DNA from: Trueperaceae bacterium
GTDB taxonomy: Bacteria; Deinococcota; Deinococci; Deinococcales; Trueperaceae
Direction of reading: 5' to 3'
Assembly: GCA_965213925.1 (NCBI GenBank)
Contig: OZ243927.1
Span: forward strand, 928,001 to 992,000
Length of the DNA: 64,000 nucleotides
Shown here piece by piece: positions 56,550-64,000 of this stretch. Within the stretch, counting starts at the first letter, position 1, and each line of letters starts with the position of its first letter. Position numbers and translations under genes: made by a program. A model generated the notes under the pieces. That model was given only the letters and a program-made list of their open reading frames with translations, made no database searches and had not been told where the DNA came from.

Positions 56550-56697
56550 AAATAGTAGCGTAGCGAATAAGCAAACTTTCGCTTGTGAGCAAATTCAAAG
56601 CCGTATCTCTCTTCTAAAAAGACTTTTGGGCTGCCAAAAACCTCACATTCACCCCGTTCTAAAACTCCTCTAAGCCGAACCTGATAGGCTAAGCACC

Positions 56698-57525
56698 ATG
56701 ACCCAACCCTTACGTCCTCTTCTCTCATTGCTTGTGCTTTTCGGCTCGCTTATAGGCGTGCTGATAAGTTGCAGCACCGACATCGACACGCCCGGCGAGC
56801 GGCTGCGTATCTTCGAGCAAGACTTAGACCCCGCCTTTATCGGCGAATCCTATAGCGACAACATCGAGGTGATCGGCGGGCTTGCGCCTTTTAACTTCGA
56901 GGTGAGTAGAGGGGAGCTGCCGCCGGGTTTAGAGCTGCAGGAGGCGACCTTGCGCGGCACGCCGACCGAGGCGGGCACGTTCACCTTTACGGTGAGTATC
57001 TCGGACGCTAACCTTTCAGAAACCTTTCAGGAGTACACCTTAGAGGTCACCGTGCCGCCGCCCGCGACGCTCAACCTCAACGTTCCCGAAACGGAGATGA
57101 GCGAGGTCTTCACGGTTCCTGTGAGCCTCAGCGACGCCCGCGAACTCCGCGCCTTTCGTACGCTCCTCACCTGGGACGTGGAGCGCTTCGAGTTGGTTCC
57201 GAACAGCGTGCGCGCGACGAGAGGGCGCGTGGCGCTTTTACAAAACGCCGAAGAGGGCGAACTCAACGTCGATGTGGCATTTTTGGGTGATCCGTTTTCA
57301 GGTGGCGGGCGCATCTTTACGTTTGATTTGCGACCCCTCGAGCCCAGCACCGTAGAGGTCACCGCTCGCACCGAGTTCCGCGCGGACGACGAGGACTTCG
57401 CCTTTACCGAGGTGAGCGCAGGGATAGCGCCGGATACGTCTGACGACCTTGACGAAGGCGATCCTACGGGCGGCGCAGGCGGCGACCCGGCGGATGACGG
57501 AGAGGACGACGGAGAGGATGACTGA
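56698..57525 (+). CDS. Lipoprotein with putative Ig domain, cohesin-like domain and acidic tail
   Basis: Lipobox LISC; GGLAPF...GELPPGLEL...LRGTPT..GTFTFTV; then FTVPVSL..A....LTWD..RFEL....GEL.V.......SGGGRIFTFDL. Confidence 0.75.
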   Translation: MTQPLRPLLSLLVLFGSLIGVLISCSTDIDTPGERLRIFEQDLDPAFIGESYSDNIEVIGGLAPFNFEVSRGELPPGLELQEATLRGTPTEAGTFTFTVSISDANLSETFQEYTLEVTVPPPATLNLNVPETEMSEVFTVPVSLSDARELRAFRTLLTWDVERFELVPNSVRATRGRVALLQNAEEGELNVDVAFLGDPFSGGGRIFTFDLRPLEPSTVEVTARTEFRADDEDFAFTEVSAGIAPDTSDDLDEGDPTGGAGGDPADDGEDDGEDD

Positions 57526-57526
57526 G

Positions 57527-58093
57527 ATGACAACCTTACTTAAACGCGCGACCAGACCTCGTGACGGTTGGCGCAGCTCGAGGGGCTATATCCTCGCCCT
57601 ATTTCTCCTTATGGGCGCGGCCTGCGCGTTCGCCACGACCTACGCCGAACTGACTCTGGACGAACTCTTTACGCGCGCCGAGACCGCGTTTTACGGCGCG
57701 GTTTCTGAGGTGAACGTCGAGGAGCGGGACGGCGAGCCCTACACGGTCGTTACGTTCGATGTGACGCGCGCGCTGGAGGGCGAACCGGGGGAGACCCTCG
57801 AGCTTGCCTTTTTGGGCGGCACGCTCGAGGGCGGGCGCTCGCTCGACGTGACGGGGATGCCGCAGTTCAGTCTAGGCGATGAGGTCATCGTGTTCGCGTA
57901 CGACACGCCCTATTACTCGCCCATCGTGGGCTTTTCGCAGGGGCTGTGGCGTCTGTCCGAGGAGGGCTTTCGCGACGAGGCGGGGCGCGTGCTCAGCCTG
58001 AGCGAAGCGGGCGACGTGACCCGCGACGGCGCGGGCGCAGGCACGGACGCGCTTCTGAACGCGCTCGTGGCGCGCTTCGAGGAACCGCAATGA
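57527..58093 (+). CDS. Secreted partner protein of the type found beside matrixin-like proteases
   Basis: Signal peptide ending AFA-TT; LDEL...A....G.V, YT.VTF.V, GGTL.G....V.GMPQF..GDEV.VF, GFSQG. Confidence 0.7.
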   Translation: MTTLLKRATRPRDGWRSSRGYILALFLLMGAACAFATTYAELTLDELFTRAETAFYGAVSEVNVEERDGEPYTVVTFDVTRALEGEPGETLELAFLGGTLEGGRSLDVTGMPQFSLGDEVIVFAYDTPYYSPIVGFSQGLWRLSEEGFRDEAGRVLSLSEAGDVTRDGAGAGTDALLNALVARFEEPQ

Positions 58094-58974
58094 ACACGCT
58101 CGCTGATAGACTCATCAATGTCGTGCGGCGCATCCTGATCGGGACGGCGCTACTAGGTGGTCTGGTGCTCGCGATAGACTACCGCGTGGACGGCGAGGGC
58201 GGGCCGCCTAACCTAGCCGACGCGGTGGCGGCGGCCTTCTCGACGTGGCGCGGGGTCGAAGGCGCGAACGTCGAGGCGAACGTCACTGAAGACGCCCCCA
58301 ACCTCATCGAGTACGGCGGCGGCGACGACTTCGGTCCGGAGACCTACTCGCTGACGGTGCAGCGCACCGAGGACGACGTGCGCAGCGTGAGTGTGCGGCT
58401 CAACCCGACGCTCGAGCCGCAAAGCGACCCTCGCCGCCGCGCCCTCTTGCACGAGACGGGTGTGCTGCTCGGTCTCAACACGCTGAGCGGCGACGCTGCA
58501 GGCGTCATGAACCCCGTGTTTCCCGCGGGCGCAGCCGCCAACCTGAGCGAAGCGGACCGGACGGCCATCGCCGAACTCGAGAGCTTCGCGAGCGAAGACG
58601 TCAACCGCGACGGCGTCGTGGACTTTTACGACCTCGCCGAGCTTGCCGCCTCGTTCGGCCAGAGCGGCGTCGGCGTACTCGGCGACATCAACGCCGACGG
58701 AATTGTGGACGACGCAGATGTGGCGCGTCTACGCGAGGCGTACGTTTTCGGTGCGCCCGCCGAAGTCGACCCCAACAGCGGCGACGAAACGGGCGGCGCG
58801 GTAGATGACGAAGACGAATTCGACGAAGATTTTGGTGAAGATGAACCCGCCGAATTTGGCGACGTCACAGGCGGCTCCGAGACGGGCGGCGCGTTCGAGA
58901 GTGACCTAGACAGCGCTGAGGAAGGTCCGGGTGGGGAGATAGAAGAAACGGGTGGTAGCAGCGGCAGCGAATGA
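58090..58974 (+). CDS. Degenerate matrixin-like protein with dockerin-like domain and acidic tail
   Basis: Signal peptide; AAFSTW, LLHETGVLLGL, VMNP Met-turn; DVNRDGVVDFYD and DINADGIVDDAD Ca-loop-helix pair. ATGA-coupled to the upstream gene. Confidence 0.75.
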   Translation: MNTLADRLINVVRRILIGTALLGGLVLAIDYRVDGEGGPPNLADAVAAAFSTWRGVEGANVEANVTEDAPNLIEYGGGDDFGPETYSLTVQRTEDDVRSVSVRLNPTLEPQSDPRRRALLHETGVLLGLNTLSGDAAGVMNPVFPAGAAANLSEADRTAIAELESFASEDVNRDGVVDFYDLAELAASFGQSGVGVLGDINADGIVDDADVARLREAYVFGAPAEVDPNSGDETGGAVDDEDEFDEDFGEDEPAEFGDVTGGSETGGAFESDLDSAEEGPGGEIEETGGSSGSE

Positions 58975-59021
58975 CCACTCGCCTTGACGCTGCGATACCA
59001 AAACGACGGACGTTGGCGGGC

Positions 59022-59309
59022 TCAGAGTAGCCCGTCGATTTTTTTGGCGAGCGTTACGTCCCTCTTGCTCAGCGCGCCTATATCGTGTGAGATGAGGTCA
59101 ATTTTAACCTCTTTGTAGACGTTGAACATCTCGGGGTGATGGTTCATCTTTTCGGCGTGCAGCGCAACGCGGGTCATGAAGCCGAACGCTTCTACAAAAT
59201 TTTTAAACGTAAAGGTGCGGCTGAGCTTGCCCTCTTTAAGCTGCCAGCTCGAGAGGTCACCAAGCGCCGCTCGCACCTCTTCCTCACTGAGTGCATCTTT
59301 CGCCATCAC
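59022..59309 (-). CDS. phhB: Pterin-4-alpha-carbinolamine dehydratase
   Basis: [26 protein letters not shown]. Confidence 0.9.
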   Translation of the reverse strand: MMAKDALSEEEVRAALGDLSSWQLKEGKLSRTFTFKNFVEAFGFMTRVALHAEKMNHHPEMFNVYKEVKIDLISHDIGALSKRDVTLAKKIDGLL

Positions 59310-59418
59310 AAACCTCCGCGAAAGTTACTATACCTGGGTTTGTTAGGACGCGAGGCGAAATATAGGAGGTTCAAATCAAGAGGATAAGGGCTTTCTTTTC
59401 TCTCTTCACAATTCTTCT

Positions 59419-60684
59419 TTAGCTCTGCCAAGCGAGCATAAGCGCCGCCGTCCACGCGAACGTGTGCCCGCCCAACCCCTCGCCCGTCTTAGGGTCGTAA
59501 TACTCAAAAATCCCCGTCTGCTCCGCGAGCGCGAGGCTGTCCTCCTTAATCTTCTGCGCCCATACCAAGTACCCCTGCGCGATGAGACCCTGATAGAGCA
59601 TCCAGTTGACGTTGATCCAGACCGGACCGCGCCAGTAGCGCTTCGGTTCAAAAGCTGGGTCGAGCGGGCTCGTGCTCGGCACGAGGTAGCGCACCTCGCC
59701 GTTCCAGGTCTCTAAGACGTGCAGCAGCTTCCGCGTCTGCGCCTCCGTCGCCACGCCCGCATAAACCGGCATCAATCCCTCGAACGTGCGCACGCCGCTA
59801 CGCTCGCCGCTGACGAGGTCTTGCGAGAAGAAAAAAGCCTCCTCTTCGTCCCATAGCGACCCCAAGGCGGGTTGACTCAGGTCCAACCAATCTTCGATTT
59901 CACCCGTTTCCAAGTCAAAGCGTTCGGCTAGCTCGAGCAAATCGCGGTTCGCTCGGTGCAAAATGGCGTTAAAGGCGACATCGACGACCTTAAAAGGCGA
60001 CGCCTCGTAGATTTTTTCAGGCTCGTAGTCGTGCTCGCGGAAGAGGTTGACGAGTCCGATATAGCGCTCGTACTCCTCGCTACTGGGGCGCTGCTCGGCG
60101 TTCACATGCCCTGTATCGCGGCGCTCATCCGGCAAGGACGCACGCGGCGCACGCGCGAGTGCCTCGTCCCACAAGGGGCTGTTGTCCATCCCGCTCTCCC
60201 AGGGGTGCAAGAGAGCGACGAGCCCGGTGCCGTCGGGGTCGCGCGCTTCGTAGAGCCAGCGGTGAAACTCGAGAATCTTAGGAACGAGCGTCTCGGCTTT
60301 TTCTTTCGCCAACGCCTCGTCTTTCGCGTTCTGGACGAGTTCCCGCACCACCGTCGCGAGAATCGGCGGCTGCGTGATGCCGCTGCTCGCGACCTTACCC
60401 GAGCGCGACGCCGGGACGCCCCACACGCCAGGACCGGGAAAATAGCCCTCGTTCTCCTGGTGAAAGACGATGTGCGGGACCATGCCGTCTTGCCACTGCG
60501 CGGAGAGAAGCGTCTCAAGCTCGAGCCACGCCCGCTTCTCGTCAAAGGTCGCCCAGCCGAGCGCGATAAAGCCCGCGTCCCAGTTCCACTGGTAGGGGTA
60601 GAGCCCCGGTGCAGGGATGGTGTAGGAGCCGTGGTCGTTCGCCCGTAGGACCTCTTTGCACCGTCGGGTAAGCTCCGGCTTCAC
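59419..60684 (-). CDS. GH63-like mannosylglycerate/glucosylglycerate hydrolase
   Basis: LYPYQWNWD, HPWESGMDNSP, YWRGPVW, FEYY, FAWTAA. Confidence 0.85.
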   Translation of the reverse strand: MKPELTRRCKEVLRANDHGSYTIPAPGLYPYQWNWDAGFIALGWATFDEKRAWLELETLLSAQWQDGMVPHIVFHQENEGYFPGPGVWGVPASRSGKVASSGITQPPILATVVRELVQNAKDEALAKEKAETLVPKILEFHRWLYEARDPDGTGLVALLHPWESGMDNSPLWDEALARAPRASLPDERRDTGHVNAEQRPSSEEYERYIGLVNLFREHDYEPEKIYEASPFKVVDVAFNAILHRANRDLLELAERFDLETGEIEDWLDLSQPALGSLWDEEEAFFFSQDLVSGERSGVRTFEGLMPVYAGVATEAQTRKLLHVLETWNGEVRYLVPSTSPLDPAFEPKRYWRGPVWINVNWMLYQGLIAQGYLVWAQKIKEDSLALAEQTGIFEYYDPKTGEGLGGHTFAWTAALMLAWQS

Positions 60685-61964
60685 TCCTTGACCCCGCCCG
60701 CCGTGAGCCCGCCGACCAAGTACTTCTCAAACCAGAAGAAGAGCACCATAATGGGCACGGTGACGACGACTGCGCCTGCCATCAAAAATTGACGCGGGAC
60801 CTCTTGCGAATTCAAAGCGACCATCCCTCTCGAGAGCGTAAAAATTTCCGGCGAGTCCAGAAACATAAAGGCGAACAGAAACTCGTTCCAGGCGATCATG
60901 AAGACGTAGAGCCCGACCGAAGCCAGCGCGGGAACACTCAAAGGTAGCGTGATGCGCCAGATGACCCCTAAGCGCGTGCAGCCGTCGATCATGCCCGCCT
61001 CCTCCAAGTCTTTCGGCAGCGTCTGAAAGTAACTCCTGAGCATATAGAGCGCCACAGGAATCGTCGTCGCGGGGTAGACGACCAGAAGACCGGGGAGCGT
61101 GTCGCGCAACCCAACTTGCGTGAAGACCGCATAGAGTGGCACCACCAGCACGATAGCCGGGAACATGTAGATGAGCAAAATCGAGCGCGAGAGCGTGTCG
61201 CGCCCCGGAAAGCGCAGCCGCGTCACGGCGTACGCGCCTAAAACCGCCAACAAGAGCGTGATGATCACGGTGGCGACGGCGACCATCGTGCTGTTTAAGA
61301 TATAGCGGGCGAAGTCGAAGCGGACCAAGACCTCGCGGTAGCCGACCAGTAGGTTGCTGAGTCCTTGCGAAAAGTCGATGCTCAAATCGGTGGGGTCTTG
61401 CAAAAAGGTCGAGCGGGACTTGAGGCTCGAGGCGACCATGAAGTAGAAGGGAAAGACGACAATCGCGATAAAGAAGATGAAGCCGAAGCCGCGCAGGAGG
61501 CGCAGCGTGATGGTCTCGTAGACGTTCGGGCCCGCTTCAAAGAGGTTGAGGTCGCGCAAGCCGTAGCGGGTCAAAAAGGCGGCGGCGCAGAAGGCGAGGG
61601 GCGCACCGACGACGCCCCAGAGGATGCTGACCTCGCCGAAGCCGAGCGGTCTCAAACCCGTAAACACGAGCCAGAGCACCCCGACGCCCGCGCCCACCGC
61701 GAGCGCGAACCAAAGCGGCGTCGTCTGTTTTCGGTTCTCCTCTTTTCGCATTGCGCTCAGGGCGAGCCCGATGACGAGACCGCTTAGAAGCGCCCAGCCG
61801 AGCGGCGTGCTGACCTCTAAGCGGCTAAAAATCACCGCGAAAAACGCCCACAGCAGCACAGCGGTCAGCGTCGAAAGTGCGCCCATCAGCGCGGCGATGG
61901 CGAAGCCCGTTACGGAAGGGAAGTTGCGTGACGAGCTTTGGGTACGGGTTGCTTGTGCCATCAC
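60681..61964 (-). CDS. Carbohydrate ABC permease (MalG-like) with an extra N-terminal TM region
   Basis: LEEAGMIDG EAA motif, WNEFLFA, LVGGLTAGGVKE. Confidence 0.9.
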   Translation of the reverse strand: MMAQATRTQSSSRNFPSVTGFAIAALMGALSTLTAVLLWAFFAVIFSRLEVSTPLGWALLSGLVIGLALSAMRKEENRKQTTPLWFALAVGAGVGVLWLVFTGLRPLGFGEVSILWGVVGAPLAFCAAAFLTRYGLRDLNLFEAGPNVYETITLRLLRGFGFIFFIAIVVFPFYFMVASSLKSRSTFLQDPTDLSIDFSQGLSNLLVGYREVLVRFDFARYILNSTMVAVATVIITLLLAVLGAYAVTRLRFPGRDTLSRSILLIYMFPAIVLVVPLYAVFTQVGLRDTLPGLLVVYPATTIPVALYMLRSYFQTLPKDLEEAGMIDGCTRLGVIWRITLPLSVPALASVGLYVFMIAWNEFLFAFMFLDSPEIFTLSRGMVALNSQEVPRQFLMAGAVVVTVPIMVLFFWFEKYLVGGLTAGGVKE

Positions 61965-63223
61965 TCACCCTCCGGGGTATAGCGGAAATAGATGACTAGA
62001 AAAATTGCCAGGATGAAAAAGAGCACCACCGCCGTCGCCGCGCCTGCGCCGATGTCTGAGCGTCCAAAGGCGTTGTCGTAGACCTGCACGGGCAGCGTCT
62101 CTGTCCCGGCTGCGCCGCCGGTCAAGAGGAACACGTCGTCGAACTTGTTAAAGGTCCAGATGAAGCGCAGCAAGAAGAGCGTCGCGACGATGCCCACGAG
62201 CTGCGGCAGGGTGATGTAGCGGAACTTCTGGAACGCGCCCGCACCGTCCACCTCGGCGGATTCGTAAAGCGCGTCGGGGATGGCTTGAAAGCGGGCCAGC
62301 ACGAAGAGGAAGGCGAAGGGAAAGTAACGCCACGCTTCGAAGGCGATGACGGTGGAAAGTGCAAGCGGGAAGTTAAACGAGAGCCCTAGCAAGCTCACCT
62401 CGAAGCTGCGCTGGCTTAAAAAGGAGATGGGCTCGCGCATGAGGCCAAACTCTAAACCCAGCGCGTTCAAGCTGCCGCTAAAGGGGTCTAAAAAGAAGGT
62501 CCAGGTGAAGGCGACGGCGATCACCGGCGCGACGTAAGGAAAGAGGAAGAGCCCGCGCAAAAAGCCCTTGCCGAAGAACTCGCCCTGCAAGAGCTGCGCG
62601 GCGAAGACGCCCAAGAGAATCGAGCCGCCCGTACCGAAGAGCGTGTATGCGAGCGTCGTCCAGAGCACGGGCCAGAACTCGCGCCCGGAGAGGACGAAGC
62701 GGAAGTTTTGCAGCGTGAAGTTGAAGTTCGTCAACACGTTGCTGGCGTCGCCGCTCAGGGTCGGCTGGGTCGGGGCACGCTGGTTGATATCGTCGGCGAA
62801 GAAGGCTTCGCTCGTCTCGAAGGAGAGCGCCACGTTCTCGCTGGAGCCGCCCTCCCACTCGCCGAAGTCGCAGGTTAGGGAGCGCCCGTCCACGCTGCAC
62901 GCTTCGGGCAACTCCGCCGGCGTCAACCCGTCAGCGAGTTGCGCCTCTAGCGTCACGTTGCGAATGGTTATGTCGGGGCTGCTGTTGCGCATCAAATAGC
63001 GCACTTCCAGGGTGTCGCCGGGGTTTTCGGCGGGCACTGCCCGCTCGCGTACAACAGGTACGGGCGGACGTAAGTCGCCCAGTTCGACGTTCTTGAAGCT
63101 GATCCAGAAGTTCGCCAGCACCGGAAAGATAACCACGGCGAAGACGATCAAAAAGGTCGGCGCGAGCATCCAGAAGGCGAGCCGCGCCTCGCGTTGGCTG
63201 AGACTTTTCTGTTGCTGCTCCAT
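61961..63223 (-). CDS. Carbohydrate ABC permease (MalF-like) with an inserted extracytoplasmic Ig-like domain
   Basis: LYESAEVDGA EAA motif, FRYITLP; ~100-aa insert after the first TM helix. Confidence 0.9.
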   Translation of the reverse strand: MEQQQKSLSQREARLAFWMLAPTFLIVFAVVIFPVLANFWISFKNVELGDLRPPVPVVRERAVPAENPGDTLEVRYLMRNSSPDITIRNVTLEAQLADGLTPAELPEACSVDGRSLTCDFGEWEGGSSENVALSFETSEAFFADDINQRAPTQPTLSGDASNVLTNFNFTLQNFRFVLSGREFWPVLWTTLAYTLFGTGGSILLGVFAAQLLQGEFFGKGFLRGLFLFPYVAPVIAVAFTWTFFLDPFSGSLNALGLEFGLMREPISFLSQRSFEVSLLGLSFNFPLALSTVIAFEAWRYFPFAFLFVLARFQAIPDALYESAEVDGAGAFQKFRYITLPQLVGIVATLFLLRFIWTFNKFDDVFLLTGGAAGTETLPVQVYDNAFGRSDIGAGAATAVVLFFILAIFLVIYFRYTPEGE

Positions 63224-63373
63224 CCTCGAGTCTCCTCAGTGCGGTTTAGGGTGCTGCGCTCTAGGCTATTAGGTAAAAACAAAAGCTAAGCACTCGTACA
63301 TAGTTGAGTTGAACAGAAGCTTTTGGCGAATCTCAGCGCTGCTCACGAACCATAGAGAACGTTTTGGCGTGGC

Positions 63374-63392
63374 AGGGGAGAGTTTCTCCCCT
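63374..63392 (-). terminator. Hairpin after the substrate-binding protein gene (stabiliser or attenuator)
   Basis: AGGGGAGA-gtt-TCTCCCCT. Confidence 0.4.
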
Positions 63393-63434
63393 ACGAAGCA
63401 GCGCTGCTTGCGTCAAGCTTTGGAGTCGTTAAAG

Positions 63435-64000
63435 CTAATTCTGCTGCAGCGCCTGCACCTCTTCCTGAATCCTCGAGACCGCCTCCTCCACCGAGAGTTC
63501 ACCATCGGTGAACTGACGGACGATCTCCGCCATGATGCGCGTGTCGTAGAGCTGCGAGGTCAATTCGCCGTAGCCCTGGCTGTAGCCCCAGCGCGTGCCC
63601 GTCTCCAAGCCTTCGACGAGGTCTTGAATCGTCTCTTGAGAGTAGAACTCGCTTAGCGGTGCGCGGCGGTCCACGCCGACCTCTAAGTTCGACCAGGCGT
63701 TGATGAACTGCTCGGGGTTCTCCTGAGTGCCGCGCCGCTGCGGGAACTTACCTTCTGCCGCCATGCCGAGCGTCTGCTCGTACCCTTCCGAAAGGGAATA
63801 CTCCACGAACTGCCGCGCCGCCTCGAAGTCCGCGTCTACAGTGATGCCAAAGTAGCGCACGTCCGTCCAGCCTGCGCCCTCTTCGTTACTCGGACCGGAT
63901 AGGCGAGTGACGAAGCCCGAGTCTTGAGCGAGTTGCGGGCTGGTGGGGTCTTCCACCGCCGTTACGGGCACCTCGTCGCGCAGCCCGGCGAGTTCATCCA
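63435..64000 (-). CDS. Sugar ABC substrate-binding protein, C-terminal part (start beyond the right edge)
   Basis: Open frame to the window edge, upstream of two permeases; ends GELSVEEAVSRIQEE. Confidence 0.8.
   Translation of the reverse strand, partial: DELAGLRDEVPVTAVEDPTSPQLAQDSGFVTRLSGPSNEEGAGWTDVRYFGITVDADFEAARQFVEYSLSEGYEQTLGMAAEGKFPQRRGTQENPEQFINAWSNLEVGVDRRAPLSEFYSQETIQDLVEGLETGTRWGYSQGYGELTSQLYDTRIMAEIVRQFTDGELSVEEAVSRIQEEVQALQQN

Noticed and set aside
1..64000. CRISPR array, rRNA or tRNA genes
   Set aside because: No regularly spaced direct repeats with unique spacers, no cas genes, and no tRNA or rRNA signatures seen.

Overview
A 64 kb GC-rich bacterial chromosomal segment, very likely Deinococcota (Trueperaceae/Deinococcales-like). 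This assignment is inferred from a DUF3208-like gene, Thermus c552-like cytochrome domains, many leaderless TANNNT-N5/7-ATG starts and abundant CTCGAG. Core content: MarR/MFS efflux pair, rraA, lpdA, a trpE-trpG-trpD cluster interleaved with unrelated genes, fabI, thrS, ricT, rnhB, degV, comM, a caa3-type oxidase operon, pccB, glgE plus a treS-mak fusion and a second treS, and a sugar ABC transporter with a GH63-like hydrolase. Most notable: (1) a three-gene operon (56698-58974) encoding a lipid-anchored Ig+cohesin-like protein, a secreted partner and a degenerate matrixin-like protein with a dockerin-like Ca-binding pair, a candidate non-cellulosomal cohesin-dockerin surface complex; (2) a 3.9 kb IS1182-family element with perfect 16-bp TIRs and a target duplication, carrying two lipoprotein cargo genes and splitting a leaderless hxlR promoter; (3) an orphan ~240-260 nt structured non-coding element upstream of thrS; (4) oxidase subunit IV fused to two c552-like cytochromes; (5) a leaderless Trp-containing leader peptide before trpE; (6) several families of small structured intergenic repeats, one with compensatory base changes. 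All calls were made by eye; no searches were run.
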